Positions 26,101 through 40,100 of a DNA stretch of 64,000 bases are shown here, one piece after another. How positions within the stretch are numbered: position 1 is the stretch's first letter; each line of letters begins with the position of its first letter. The position numbers were made by a program, and so were the translations under genes. Source of the DNA: Anthoceros angustus (lineage: Eukaryota; Plantae; Anthocerotophyta); the NCBI GenBank assembly GCA_010909165.1, contig VJWM01000118.1, positions 248,001 through 312,000 of the forward strand. The letters run 5' to 3'. Under the pieces are notes generated by a model that was given only the letters and a program-made list of their open reading frames with translations, had not been told where the DNA came from and searched no databases.

Positions 26101-26819
26101 AACTTGACCCAGGCTCAGCCGCTCTCACTTTCCGATGGTCCATGTTGGGCCCCTGCGTGAGTGATTTCGCCGCTCGGGCGCCATCTCCTTCTCTCGTTGT
26201 CTCCAAAACAAAACCTCGACTACCTGCAGATCTGGTCAAGAGAAAAAAAATCGAAGCCCTCGGCGCTCCTTCCACGCCTCCTCGCGAACTTGCCGGCCCG
26301 ATTTCTCTCCTCCGCCGCCTGATCGCCGCGCCTTTTCCTCCTGCAATGAGGCGGATTTGGCTGGCGTGGTGTGCGCCCCTCTTGCAGCCCGCTCGACCGC
26401 CCCTCACGGAAAGTCGCGACCTCGGTCTTGGGTGTGCCCTTCTCCCGATTGCGCTCCGGTATGGTAGTCCCGCCCGCCACTAGGGTTGTAAATTCCCACA
26501 GTCCAGCATGCGTCCGCTGCCACCGTGGTGGAACTAGCCACCACCCCTTGACTACCTGTGGCATATTGTGAGCATCCCTAGCATATATAGACACCTTTTA
26601 TTCTAAAAATTCCCAATACCCAAGGACTCTATTTCTACCCCACCCTCCGGGGTCAAACCTAAGGGTCGAAAAATTATTATCTCCAAGGGCCAAGGACCAT
26701 TCCGTATAAAAGACCCGACTAGAGATTCTCAAAGCACTCGCTATTCTAACACACCCAAAACAAAAAAATCGCTCACCCCGACACTTGAGGCGGGGTTAGT
26801 TCACATGTGGTCTTCCACA
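23163..26819 (-). repeat. Element B 5' LTR (~3.66 kb), carrying a second copy of the accessory ORF (~24100-26450)
   Basis: Same termini and sequence as 12327-16811; includes VQGQEKLLKEKLESLKARARR (ORF 24544-25221). Confidence 0.93.
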
Positions 26820-26824
26820 CTACC

Positions 26825-27453
26825 CAAGGCATCGGAGGCCTTGGCGGCCTCACCAGCGGTCCTCCCCTACTGAGGAGAGGAGAGAGCTTGTCCGGACCCC
26901 TTCACCCCAGGACCCCAAGGAAGCGGAGAGAATTGGCCCCAAACGGGCCAAAGAGTGGACGGACATCGTTCCCATAGATAAGAGGTTCCTGATTGGGTCC
27001 GGCACCCAACCCGGATTCACTCCCGAGTGAGAAGCGGTCCTTGATGGACGAGATCCCGCTGGGGTTTTAGCATCTCGGCGATGGCTGGAGGAGACCGTGG
27101 TCTTTCCTACGTAGGCAAGCTGTGTCTGGGTTTAAAAGCGTGAAGTGGAAGCCACCGAAGATGGTGGAACGAGTCGATGGAGGCCCTAGGCATAAAGAGA
27201 AGCACCGACGGGAAAATGAGGCGGTCCCAGCAATACGTGTAGCTCGGGTGCTTCCACAGTCTGGAATGGTTAGCACGCCTGTGAGGCTCAAGCACGAGGC
27301 AGGGCCCGGGCCAAATGGAGGCGGCGATGCGGAGGGCGCGTCGTGATGGGAGGAAGCCAGGACTTGGTAGAATACTTGAAGATGAAGATCACATACCGGT
27401 GAAGCGGGAGGATAGGATGGCTCTCCCCACGGATGACGAATGGAGGGAACCGG
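26825..27453 (+). mobile_element. Element A segment 2 (accessory ORF continues)
   Basis: Lies between the TSDs of B and C; KSVKWKPP corresponds to WRWKPP in C and PKWRPP in D. Confidence 0.7.
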
Positions 27454-28009
27454 TGTGGCCCGACTCACCGATGGCGTACCGCATAATCCTGTCACAGGGA
27501 AGAAGTCCGTTCCCAAAGGGAATGATAGGCTACCATGCTTCGTGTGATTCCTACTGCATTAGCGCTCGCTCTCAAGACACACATACTCCTAACTACTCAC
27601 AACACTCACCGACAGCCCAGATGGCTAAACGCTTAAGGACCTGTCACCAGATCGCTCACATCCGCCACTCACATCCAAATTCTTTCCTCTCTCCCCTCAC
27701 GCTACACTCTCGCCTTAGAAAAGACGCTGGTTACATGCCCCGACTCCCTCCGCCCGGGCCTCCGTCCGGCTCAGACGCCTCCCGAGTTCCTCCTACCACA
27801 CGCCCTTGCGCTGGGCTCCCGCTCCAGCACGGGTCCCGCCACCTTCCCCGCACACACCACAACACGTTAGGTCCGTCACGGGACCGATCAATCTCCCCGA
27901 GCCGTGGCTCGCCTGACTCAGACTCACGTTAGCAAGAAGACACACAAAGGTCCGCAAGAACGCGCATCAACACCAAGAGAAAGATGATTTATTCAGTGGC
28001 CCTTAGCCC

Positions 28010-28016
28010 TCTTATA
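28010..28016 (-). promoter_or_regulatory. Putative TATA box of the C LTR (equivalent at 37703-37709)
   Basis: GTATAAGAG ~560 bp from the LTR end, downstream of the accessory ORF. Confidence 0.55.
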
Positions 28017-28606
28017 CTACGCCCAAGGTCGGCGCCTTTATTACACCTCTATTAAATGAGGCCACCGTGGTACCTAACCCCGCCTACCTCCCCTATTCCG
28101 CCTATCGCCGCCGTCGGTGGTGGGGCTGGGATGGCCCCTCATTCCTTCTTGGCACCGGCGGCCCAAAGCCGAGCCCTGTCGGCTGCGGCGCACCCAATCG
28201 GATGATCCGCGAGGCGGGACCCCTTCCTCTTCCCGAGGGTCTGTCAGGCTGCGCCACCGGCGGCGGCCTGACAACGGCGGTCACCACCAAGTCTTCCTCG
28301 TCCTCCCCTCTTCTCTCTCCGGCGGGCCCCTGCGCAGTGGGCCCTCCATTGGATCTGGGTTGGTCTCTCTCCCCACTCCCGAGTTTGGACCTCGGGACTG
28401 CCTCGACTCGAGTCCGGACCTCTAGGTCCGGCCTTCCTCCGGGTCCGGTCCGCCCGGCCTTCTTTGAGTCCGGTCCTGGGACCGGACCGGCCTCCGGGTC
28501 CGGTCTTGGACCCAACCCTTCGGGTCCGGACCTCGGGGCCGGACTCGTCACTGAGTCTGGATCCCTAAGTCCGGACTTCCTTGGGGCGGACCTCGGGTCC
28601 GGCCTT

Positions 28607-31432
28607 TCAGGAGTCCGGACAAAGTCCGGACCTCGTGCTCTGGCATGCCTCCTCGCTGGCTAGCCACGGTTCATCCAGAGCCCTCCTTGGTTCCCGAATG
28701 CCCGGTTGCCCCTTTCCCTTCAAGATCCTCCCTCGTCCTTCCATGCGAGGGTGCCGAGGCTTACCTCGGGCGCCCTTCCTCCTCCCGGTTCCTCCTCCGC
28801 CTCCTTCGCTGCTGTCAGGGCTCCTAGGACTCCCGCGGTCCGTCCGTCCTCCCTCGTCCTTCCATCCCTTCGAAGTCCACCTCCGCCTAGGGTGGCGCGG
28901 GACCTCAGAGCCTTGAGGAGCTCTGGTAGTAGGCGAAGTCGGAATCGACTTGCAATCGCCTCCTCCACATGAGCCCGAGCACCCGTACTCCTCCTCCTCC
29001 TCCTCCTCCTCCTCCTCCTCCTCCTCCTCCGTGGCCAAGCTTACCATGTAGGCGGGCGGACTCCCTTGAGGCCGTCACGCCTCCGTTACCTCTTGCAACC
29101 TTGGCTGCTCGGCGTTCTCCTCCTCCGTTGTTGCTCCGCCATTTTATGGGCCATGGAGCCGAGCTCTTCTGCCTCGCAACCGGACGAGCAACGCCTTTTC
29201 CTCCGGCTTCCTCCTTCTTCTATTCTTTCCGGAGGTCCTCCACTTCCTTCTCCAGGGCGGTATCCCGCCTCACTCCCGCCACGCCCCTTGCAACTGCTCG
29301 AACTCCTTGCACTGCCGCCGCTTCTCCTCCGTCAAGCGGAGCTGGAGGCGTTCCACCTCTCGCTCAAGTCTTGGATTCTCGTTGAGAACCCCTCCGCTGC
29401 ATCTTGGAGTTGCAACTCCAAGGTGTCCTTGTTGTCCTCCAGCTCGCCTCCGCCCTTCTACCTCCCGCACTGCACTCGAGGTCCCCAATCTCCCGGTGGC
29501 CTCCGCCTCCTCACGGCTCGTGCTTGCTCCGGCCGGCCACTGCTGGCTCGCCGGCCTCTCGGCCGCCTCTCCACCGGTTCGATCACGCGATAGTGATCGC
29601 GATCGGCCCGTGGCCTCCGCCTCCTTGGCCACCTTCACTGAGCCTCTCCTTGGCCACTCCGCTCTCGACCATCCGAGATCCCCGCCCGCTTGCGCCCGGC
29701 CCTCCTGCTCCGCTCACAGAGGTCCTCCCCCGCTTGGGCCTCCTTGGCCACCTTCCTCCTCCACCAAGGAATTTGGTCCGTCCTTGCGGATGGACGACCT
29801 CCTCCTCCGCCTCCCGGCGTTTCCTTCCTCAATCCTGCCCGAGAGCTTTCCTTCTCGCCTCCTGGGCTCCCTCCAACTGCCTCTGGAGGAGCACCATGCG
29901 CCCGGTGGCTTCCACCTCCACAGGCCTTCTCGGCCATCCCAAGCAGACCCAGCATACCGGCCCATGACGGTAGCTGTGTTTCCTCCACGGCCGCCGTGAG
30001 GCTCCCACAAAGTCCGGGGAGCGGCATCTCACGGTCCCCAAGGACCTCCATACCGCAGCCCGAGCAAGTCCGACCGGGTTCTCCGGACCCAATCGGGACC
30101 CTTAGGTCCGAGTGCCGAGTCGAGCTTCCCCTCCTTGGCCCTTTTGGCGAGCTCCTTCTCGCCCTTTTCTCACAGGGCTCGGCGGAGGTGATGGAGTCCG
30201 GAGCACGCCCTTTGCCCCTTCCGCGGGCGAGACCTGGATGCACCGCTGCTGTCCTCCTCCTCGGGCCCCTTCGCCTCCCACGCTTCCTCCTTGGCCACTC
30301 CGTGCGGGAAGAGGTACTGCACCGACCGGGTGCCGCGTTGGTAGCCGTGGTCTTGCTTCTTGGCTCTCTCTCTGGGGCGGGGCTCTCACCGGAGTGATGG
30401 CCGGGCGGGGCTGCCGGGGCCGGGGTCACTGGCCGGCTGCAGTACCGAGGAGGAGGCGGGAATTGCCCATACTTCCTGGTGGTGAGGGGTCCGCGTATGG
30501 AGTCCGGAATCCTCCCCATCCTCCTCCCGAGTCCGCTTTGGTTTCCGACTGCCTCCTCCCTCCTTGCCCGCCTCCACTTCCCGGGAGCCTCCTTCCGAGC
30601 GCCGCCTCCTTCGAGGAGTAAATGCCCCATACATGGATCGGGTATGGGGCGGCCAGATGGCGGGGCTTCGCCCCGAGCTGAGCCTCGCTAAACCGGGCGA
30701 AGATAATCCTTCCCACCCCGCCTCTTCCCCGCAGCTGCGCAGAACACTAATAGATTATCACCAAGGTGATCCACCTTGGTGAGTAGGTTCGATGGACGAT
30801 GATCCGCCACCGCCCGACTCGACCGTTGTCCTGGATATCGCCCAACCGTTGGTGGTCCGCTGCCCGCCTTAGCATCGCCGCTGTGGACCTATCTTCCCTT
30901 CGCCTTGAGGGGCCCGCACCACTCCCCTCTTCCTCCTTGGGGCGGAGGTAGCCGCCGGGACCTCAAGGTCCATCGCCTTGGGTCCTCTCGGAGGTTCTTG
31001 GACCGCACCTCCTTGCGCCGATCTTCCGGGCAAACTCCCGGACCAGAGTGACATCAAATGTCCGGACCATTTGGAACACATCCAAATGCCACTCTGCACC
31101 CCGCCTCGGAGCGAGCCCAAAGTCCGGATAGCGCGGGTCACAATGTTGCGCTCCACAAGGTTCCATGGCTCCCAAACTTCCGCGGCTTTTGGGTGCCATC
31201 GCCTTCTTCTCCTTGTTGCTGCCGCTTGTCGAGCCGCACGCTGAGCCCTTCGCCGCCGCTTCTCCGACCTCAGCGGTGAGCCGCGCAAGACGTCAGTGTC
31301 CCACGAGATACCGCCGAGAGCCGCGGAGCGCAAGAGATCGCGAAATTGTCTCGAGGCGAAAATGACCTTCTTCCGCGACCACGCCGGAGTAATCGGAGGG
31401 CGCCTCTTCCTCCAGATCGCTGAGCCGTGCAT
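28607..31432 (-). pseudogene. LTR-embedded accessory ORF, C 3' LTR copy (frameshifted)
   Basis: WHPKAAEVWEPWNLVERNIVT, RYPDFG, EWHLDVFQMVRTFDVTLVREFARK, GRIIFARF, PYPIHVWG, then ENPRLEREVERLQLRLTEEK (coiled-coil-like). Confidence 0.8.
28988..29029. repeat. (CCT)n microsatellite
   Basis: About 14 units; absent from the equivalent position of the other C LTR. Confidence 0.9.
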
Positions 31433-31822
31433 GGCTTACTGCGCTTACGCCACACTGGCCTTACTCCGCGACTGCCCTACGCCGCGCGCCCGCGGGCGTG
31501 AATACCGCTATAACGGCCTCGCAAGGTTACGGTCCCGACCACTGCATGCCGTCCTCCACTCGTGGTCGCCCACGTGGCCGCCTAGTCCGTCTTACGCCCA
31601 ACTTCTAAGTTACTTCCTGGCGATTTATCCCGCTCACTGGAGTGGGTCCGGACTTACCCGCCGCGTAGGTCTGCACGTTCCTCACTCCGAGTCGAGTATA
31701 CTCCGAGTGCCGTCCGAGTGCTAACTGCTTATTTCCTCCTTTTTCGCCTCATTTTATCCTTCGCTCCACAAAAAAACAAAACCTACCTAATTTCTAACCC
31801 CTGTGGAAGTCCGTAGTCCACA

Positions 31823-31834
31823 TACTCCCTTCTC
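31823..31834 (-). promoter_or_regulatory. Polypurine tract of C
   Basis: GAGAAGGGAGTA before TGTGG. Confidence 0.9.
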
Positions 31835-31852
31835 ACTGGCGTCTCGCCAACA

Positions 31853-34800
31853 CTAAGCGTGTACTTTTCACCGCCACCCGTTCACCAGTGGGCGGTTCAC
31901 CATCCAACTGCGAACGGACCCATTGGGGTATACTGTACGACTTGGTAAGGCCCCATCCATCGTAGGTGGAGTTTACCTAGGAAGTGCATATGTCGGCTGT
32001 CGTAAGGAGGCAGATCTCCCTCCTTCACATACTCCTGATTCCTAAGGCGCCTATCATGCCACAGCTTGCGTTGATTCTGTACCAGTTGCATTCGCTGTTG
32101 CGCCTCTTCCCGGTCCTCCGTATGCTGCACAAACCCTAGCAACCGCTCCAGTTGGCTCTCTTCATCCGTTAAGCGCCTTTCCATCATGACCCGGAGTGTT
32201 GGCACCTCAAACTCGACCGGCATAACGGGTGAGTGCCCATAGGTCAGATAATACGGAGTTCGTTGCGTGGTTACCTTCGCCGTTAACGCCCATAGATGGC
32301 GGCGCTTTGTATCGATCGTGCGCATAGTTAACCGTCACTTATTGAGGATGCGGATAAGTCCATTGGTCTTCCGTCATCCGTTGGCCTTTGGATTGTAGGG
32401 GCGTTTCGATGTGTGATGCGAAATAGTCCGTCATTGCGTTATCACATCATTGAGGAAATGGGTTCCCCTATCGCTACCGTACGGACACCCATACCTTGTG
32501 ATGATGTTTTCAGAGAGGAATTTGGCCACCGTGCTCAGAGTCCGCTCAGTAGCGACCGCTTCAACCCACAGTGCGATGTCCGTTGCCACCAAGATGTACC
32601 GCTGTGTGTGCCCGGTCGCTATCGATAGGTCCAACGTCGATGCCCCATTTCTCAAAAGGCGCTAGTGCTAGTATGGGCACTAACGGCCATTGAGTTGTGG
32701 CCCCGATCCACCGAAGCATCACACTTCTTCACAAATTGGTGTGTTTCCCCATACATGGTGGGCCACCAGTACCCAGCCTCCAAGATTTTCTTGGTGGTGA
32801 CCTGCGCTGCATAATGTCCACCACCTAGTCCTTCGTGCATCCCCTTTATTACCACCTCCGTTTCCGCCTGTTGGAGGTACCTTCGTTCCACACCGTCTGG
32901 TCCTACCTTAAAGATGCACCCGTTATACAGCCGGAAAGGGCGAGCGTAGTGCACAAAGGCCTGCCGCTGAACCCGGTTCAGTTCGTTGGGTAGCTCCATC
33001 TCCCATAGGTACCGTTCCAACTCCGCGTAAGAGGGCCCGCCTCGCCTCCCTTCTCCGCTTCGCCGTGGGTCCGCTGCTCACCGGGTTTGTCCTACTGCTC
33101 TACCTCCTCTATCGCCGCCACCAATTCCTCATCCGGAAGGCGTCCTCTTGATCCTGCAGAGGCTCCGTTTTAATCTGGATAAGAAGTCGGTGTGTTGCCG
33201 CCCTTGCCTAGTCTCCACCTCAAATGTGAACTCAGCAGAATCCACCTCGCAATTTCCGGACAAGTGCCTTGTTCACCAAATGCTTGAGCCAAGTGATCAA
33301 CATAGAACACAAACTCATTGGGCGGAAGGTAGTGTCTCGAATTTCTTAACGGCGATATACCCAATGCCTCCCGCTCCGTAGTAGTGTACCTCCGTTCGGC
33401 GTGAGCCGCCTTCCGCGTAGTAGATTGGGTGATCCCTCCGTTTATCATCTTTTGATGAGCACTACCCGATGGCGGCGGCACACATCCACGCACATGGAAT
33501 CGCTTCCCCGGCCCCGGTCCTTTGAGACTGGGCACCGAGTGGTCCGGAGGTCTCGAATGCGCCTTTCTCGCGCCCGGTGTCCATTCCTCCTCCTTCTGAG
33601 TAGCTCTAGCTGGAGGCCCGCTTTGCAAAATCTTGTAAAAACGCCTATAGTAACCTACCATGCCTGTGAATCCCGTAACTCCTTCAAGTTCGTTGGTCAG
33701 ACCGGATGACTTTCACCTTGTCTTGGTCCACCTCTATCCCTCTTACCGACACTCGGCCCCAACAAGATTCCCTCTGTCATGCAGTAGCATTTCTGGATGC
33801 GTGCAGCTTGAGTCTCCTACATCGTTCCAAACACTTCCGCAAATGTCCCGTGTTTGTCCTCCGTGCACACGAAGTCATCCAAGAACACCTCCATGAAGTC
33901 CCTCGAATTCCTAAGACATTGGTCACCATCCGCATAAATGATCCGGTGCTCTGTCATCCCGGCACTCCGTTTGTAGGCAAACGTCCCCACTCCGTGGTGA
34001 ATGTTGTCTTATCCCCGACTCCCTTAGGTGTAATGGTTGTAGCCGAGAGTAGCCCAAGAAGGAGTAGGTACTCCACCTTGTCGATGTCGTCCACAAAGGG
34101 CATGGGAAATGGTCCTTTTCCGTGGCGGCGTTAAGCTTTCTCGCCCCGAGACGAACGCCTCGCCGCTTCTTGACGACCACAATGGGCGCCACCCACTCAG
34201 TTACGATTGGGAAGATGATGTCCGCTTATACTTATCCGGACTTCCTTGACCTTGAGCGAGTGCTTGGGATTGATTTATCGCTAATCGAACGGCACCGCCT
34301 GCTTCGATCTATCCGGTTCGCCAGTTTGAATGCCTTTCATATCGTGACCTTGAAAGCAAACACCTGAATTCCCCAACAAGTGAGGTCTCGTTTTAACCCT
34401 CCGGCATGCCCTTGCGAATTTGAGGAATTTCCTGGCGAACCTCCACGTCTTCCACATCGTCCGTTGACTGCCTCCTTCGCTGCTTCGCCGCTGCCCCTCC
34501 ATCCGGGTTCATCTTCACGCATTCCCCACTCCGAAAGAGCTCGTCCGAGTGAAGCTTACTTTCTTCTCCCTCCGCTGGACCCTCCTCTTGATTGCCTTCC
34601 CCGGCTCTTGTCCGCGAGTCCACCCTAAAACAATCGATGACCTCCTCGTCCACCTCGCTCCAAAGGCGTCCCTCCGGTAATCCATCTCCTCCTCGACCAC
34701 GTGATTTTGGGAAAGGTAGTCCTCATTCGTATCCTCGCGTCATCCCACGCCTTCGGAGGTGTACCCTCTGGTCTTGTGGTTTCTCCCACAAGACGCGTGT

Positions 34801-35200
34801 CCTTACTCAGTAATCGCTACCGTCCTTCCCTCACCTTGGATCCCAGTCCCGGCTTGAAGTGTATCTCCTTCCGTCCGAGTGTAGTTTTGTCGAGCGAGGC
34901 CAGCCAAGGCCGCAGACCTCATACCCTGTGGGTCCGGGTCCGATGACGAAAAATCTAATGTATAGGGGCTCGCTATGGTGGCTTGGACTCGGACAACTCC
35001 CTGCTGGCGCTCGCGCGACTGTCCATCCCGAGGGTTTTGGTGGATGGCTCGAAGGTGGTGAACCCCACCGCCTTGTGGCCTCGGTGATGAGGTTCACTGA
35101 CCCCGTATCTAGAGGCACGTTTTAATTACACACCCGCAATTTCCACCGCACCACGCCCGGTCCGTATGAGATGACCTCCACCTCTTCTTCCCACCAAGGA
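31853..35200 (-). pseudogene. pol: C pol (PR-RT-RH-INT), frameshifted
   Basis: LDTGSVNLI, KLNAATEKDHFP, MVGYYRRF, AERRYTTTEREALG, HEGLGGGHYA..KKILEAGYWWPTM, SDRGTHFLND, GKLHLRWMGPY. Confidence 0.93.
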
Positions 35201-36999
35201 GTTCCGGGTGGTTGCGTCGATGGCCTTCCGGACTTCGCCGATACCGGGTTGTCCTTTAACAAGCGCCTAAGGGACACCAAGTGTTGTTGGTCCATCATCA
35301 AGTCGGCCACCTTGAAAGGGCGGGTGGTTCTCCTGCCACGTCGCTCGCCTTGTCTCCTCCGGCGTTTGGTCTGTGGTGGCGGACTACTGGGTCCCCGGAG
35401 TTCTTCTTGAAGCATCTCGGTCACTTCGAACCACATCCGGAAATCGGCGCTGTGGTGAGTCCGCCTCCGGAGACTCCGGTGGCTGTTTCTTCTCGGCGGC
35501 TGCGGTTTAACTCGCCTCTTTGGCGGGTTCGGCTTCCTTCAGGTGTTCCGTCCTCCGTATCCGTGGGACTATCCTCATTTTCTTCCTCTTCCTCTTACTG
35601 CCTCCGCCTTCCGCTCCTTTCGGCGACTCGGGTTGACACTTCCGGTACCTCCAGTCCGCCTTCTTCTCCTTAGAACTTGCCCGTACCACCTGCTTCGTGC
35701 CCCTGCCTCCTCCCACTCCGCCCGCCAGCGTCTTCAATTTTGTAGCACGCCGCCTTAGGGAGGCGTTGGTCTTGGCTCCCCACCGAGTTGCGTGAGCGCA
35801 TCCCTCGAGCGAGGATTCGGACAGTGGTACCGGCATGTGCCCCGCGCCACAATCTCCACACGCTTCAAAGTCTCCGTTACCTTGTCGGTGGGGTAGGGAC
35901 AGGCGTTGGAGTAGTGTCGGGGTTCCCAGTTCCAACACCGCCCGCCCGAGAATTCGGAGGGCTCCCATGCGGTCAGACGGAGGTCGGCGCAGACGGACCA
36001 CCGTGGGTACATCGTCTGGATACCGTGGTCCGGTTGTGCTTCTTGCACTTGGTAATCCTCCCACTGCCTCTGACTCTTCCCGTAGTACTCCACCGGTTCA
36101 CGGTCCGAGGAGCTTGGCCCATGACACACCGCACACCATGAGAGTACGGACCGTGGTGGCCGCACGCCCGCTCTTTATCCTTCACCGGTTGATCGTCAAC
36201 TCCTCCACCCTCTTCATTACCCGTCTAGATCTTCCCTCACCCGCTTCCTTCAAAGGAGGTCGGCGGGACCTCGTCGGGCATCATGACCTCCTTCTTTTCC
36301 ACCTCCGCGACTCACGGGCTTCTTCTTTATTTTCGGGTTCTTCTTCTTCCATGGCCTCCTGATTCTTCCTGAGTCCTCTTCCTCTTCCTCTTCCTCTTCC
36401 TCTTCCTCTCCAGGGTTCTTCATCTTGAGTCCGACCCGCTTTCTTCTTTCTTCTTTCCTCCTGGAGAGTCCTCGGCCGTTGGTGCATCGATTCTTCATAG
36501 TTCTCCCGCCCGACCGCCTTGCTCACATCTTTCTCTCGCCAACAAAGACACGTGCTTAGCCATTGGCTTGGATAACCAACGCATACCGCATGCATGGTAG
36601 TGGTGTGGGTCCCAGCAGAACCGCTCGATGTACGATCCCAACTTCTCCGTCTTTCCTCGCCTGTTCTCGAGTTTGGACAAGACATAGCCTTCTTGATCGA
36701 TTCCGCGAATCTTTCTAAGAAGGCATCCTTCAATGCTCAAGGCGGTGCGTTCGAGGCGGTGGGATTCCTCCGATACGAGCCTGCCCGAGGACCCCTTGGA
36801 GCAATTTGAATGAGTCAGCGCATCCGAACCTTCTCCGTTGAAGTTTGCGAGACACAAAATCCTCCACGAAGGTTTCGCCTCTCTCCTTCTTACCTCCAAA
36901 GAGAGAATACGCTTGCTTGGTCGACGTTGTTGCCATCGCCGCGAGGGATGAGGAACCGCCCTTACCACCGACTGCCGCGTCCTCCTCTCGATCCGACAA
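35200..36999 (-). pseudogene. gag: C gag, frameshifted
   Basis: ETFVEDFV, KDAFLERF, SYIERF; knuckle remnants CWNW..HYSNACP and CGDCGAGH. Confidence 0.75.
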
Positions 37000-37140
37000 C
37001 CCACCACACTTACCGCGGTGGTGTCCTCGCCGAGCTCGTTGCTCTCACGTTCGCCGGAGCGCCGGCGTCACAACGTCCGACTCTCAAGAATTCTTCCTTA
37101 ACTACCTCACGCCCTCCACGCATCCATCGCTACGGAACGA

Positions 37141-37163
37141 TTTCATTCCCGAACGGCGCGCCA
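37141..37163 (-). promoter_or_regulatory. PBS of C
   Basis: TGGCGCGCCGTTCGGGAATGAAA after CCACA-TTT. Confidence 0.8.
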
Positions 37164-37166
37164 AAA

Positions 37167-40100
37167 TGTGGCGCGACTTTCTGATGGCCGCCGCACAATC
37201 CGTGTCGTTGTAGGAAGAAGTCCGTTCCCAAGGGAATGATAGGCTCCGCTTGCGTTTGTGATTCCTACCTCAAGCGCCTGCTCGCCTCCTCAACACACAT
37301 ACTCCTAACTACTCTAACGTTCACCGACATCGAGTATGGCCAAGCGTTTAAGGAGCGTCGTATCGTTCACATCCGTCTCACATCCGTCCTTTCCTCTCTC
37401 TCACGCCACACTCACTCTTAGAAAGACGCTGGGGTTACATCCCGACCTCCTCTTCCGCTGGGCCTCCGGCTCAGACGCCTCCGGAGTTCCTCCGGCTCAC
37501 ACGCCCGGGTCGGGCCGCTCGACGAGCACGGGTCGCCACCCTTCCCCGCACACACCACAACACGTTAGGTCGTCACGGGACCTGATCAATCTCCCGAGTC
37601 GCCGTGCTCGTGACTCAGACTCACGTTAGCAAGAAGACACACAAAGGTGCAAGAACGCGCATCAACACCAAGAGAAAGATGATTTATCTGAGGCCTTAGC
37701 CCTCTTATACTACGCCGGGTCGGCCTTTATTACACCTCTATTAAATGAGGGCCACCGGTACCCTAACCGCCGCCTACTACCCCGCCTATTCCACCTATCG
37801 CCGTCTTGGTGGGCTGGATAGCCCTCATTCCTTCTTGGCACCGGCGGCCCAAAGCCGAGCCCCGCTGTCAGGCACCAATCGGATGATCCGCGAGGCGGAC
37901 CCCTTCCTCTTCCCGAGGGTCTGCTGTTGCGCCACCGGGCTCGACAACGCGGTCACCACCAAGTCTTCCTCGTCCTCCCTCTTCTCTCTGGCGGGCCTCG
38001 CAGGGCCCTCCAAGGTGGATCTGGGGTGATGGCTCTCCCCACTCCCGAGTTTGGACCTCGGGACCTGTCGACTCGAGTCCGGACCTCTAGGTCCGGTCTT
38101 CCTCCGGGTCCGGCCTCCGGCCGCCTGGAGTCCGGTCCTGGGACCGGACTGCCTGGGTCCGGTGACCCAACCCTTCCTGGGTCCGGACCTCGGGTCCGAC
38201 TGTCCAGAGTCCGGATCCCTAAGTCCAGACCCGGACCGGGTCCGGGTTTTCCTGAGTCCGGACAAAGTCAGGACCTCGTGCTCGGCATGCCTCCCGGGCT
38301 AGCCACGGGGGTTCATCCACCGAGCCCTCCCTTGGTTCCCGAATGCCCGGTTGCACCTTTCCCTTCAAGATCCTCCCTCGTCCTTCCATGCGAGGGTGCC
38401 GAGCTTACCTCCTGTGGCCTTCCTCCTCCTCCTCCTCCGCCTCTCGCCTTGCTGCCAAGCGGGCTCCTAGGACTCCAGGTTGTCTGCCCCCGGGTCCGTC
38501 CTCCCTCTCCGCCTCCTTCCGCCTTGAAGTCCACCTCCGCCTAGGGTGGCGCGGGACCTCCAGAGCCTTGAGGAGCTCAAGTAGGCGGTAATCGACTTGC
38601 GAATCGCCTCCTCCACATGAGCCGGAGCACCGTACTCCCTCCAAGGTGCTCGAGCGATCGCCCCCGCCTGGCGTCTCGTGGCTGCTCACCATGAGGCGGG
38701 CGGACTCTTGAGGCCGCTGCCTCCGTTACCTCTTGCAACCTTCGCCGCTGCTCGGCGTTCTCCTCCTCCGCGCCCGCCCGCCATTATGCCATGGAGCCGA
38801 GCTCCTTCGCCTCGCAACCGGACGAGCACTGTACCTTTCCTCCAGTGCCTTCCTCCCTTCTTCTATTCTTTCCGGAGGTCCTCCACTTCCTTCTCGGCGG
38901 CATCCCCCCACTCTCGGCTTCCGCCACTCCTGCCGCAACCTTGCGACGTGAACTCCTTGCACCGCCCTTCTCCTCCGTCTTCAAGCGGAGCTGGAGGCGT
39001 TCACCTCGCTCAAGTCTTGGATTCTCTCGTTGAGAACCCCCGCTCCGATGCATCTTGGAGTTGCAACTCCAAGGTGTCCTTGTTGTCCTCCAGCTCCCTC
39101 CGCCCTTCTACCTCCTGCATGCCTCGAGGTCCCCAATCTCCCGGGTCTTGGCCTCCGCCTCCTCACGGCCGACTGCTTGCTCGGCCACACTGCCTTGATT
39201 GCGGCTCTCGGCCGCCTCCACCGCCCGATCACGCCGATAGTGATCGCGATCGGCCGTGTGGCCTCCGCCTCCTTGGCCACCTTCACCGAGCCTCTCGGCT
39301 TGGCTCGTCCGCTGCCTCCGCCTCCTCCTCCTCCTCCGCCTCCTTGGCCACTCCGCCTCCTGCAGAGGTCCTCCGCCGGCTTGGGCCTCCTTGGCCTGCT
39401 TCCTCCGGTGAAGGAATTTGGTCCGTCCTGCGGATGGACCAGACCTCTCCTCTCGCCTCCCGGCGTTTCCTTCCTCAATTGCCGAGCTTGGCCTTCCTCC
39501 TCCTCCGCCTCCTGGAGGAGCACCATGCGCCCGGGTGGCTTCCACCTCCTGGGCCTTCTCGGCCATCCCGAGACCCAGACCGTCCATGGTAGCAGACCCG
39601 CCGTGTTTCTTCCACGGCCACTGTGAGGCTCCCAAAGTCCGTGCGGAGCGATCTCACGGTCCGTAGGACCTACCCGGAGTAAGTCCGGACTGGTTCTCGG
39701 ACAATCGGGACCCTTAGGTCCCGAGGCCGAGCTCCGAGCTTCCTCCTCCGCCTCCTTGGCCCTTTTGGCATGAGCTCCTTCTCCGCCCTTTTCTCCCGGG
39801 CTCGGCGGAGGTGATGGAGTCCGGAGCACGCCTTTTGCCCCTTCGCCGGCAGGACCGCTCGATGCGTGCCGCCGTGTCCTCGCCTCGGCGTCCCTTTTCT
39901 CGCCTCCTCCTCCTCCTCCTCCGCCTCCTTGGCCACTCCGTCGGGAAGAGGTACTGCACCGACCGGGTGCGTTGGTAGCCGTGGTCTTGCGTCTCTTGGC
40001 TCTCTCCAGTCGGGGGCTCACCGGAGTGATGGCCGGTGGCGGGGGGGCCGCCTTCTGGCCGGGCTGCCTGGGTTGGGGCACGGAAGGAGGGAGGAATTGC

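Larger units (their letters stand above)
12327..26819 (-). mobile_element. Element B: full-length Athila-like Ty3/Gypsy element with giant LTRs
   Basis: TSD CTACC at 12322-12326 and 26820-26824; termini TGTGGAA...TTCCACA; two LTRs, PBS, PPT and gag-pol. Confidence 0.95.
27454..31822 (-). repeat. Element C 3' LTR (~4.37 kb)
   Basis: Collinear with 37167-41501. Confidence 0.93.
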
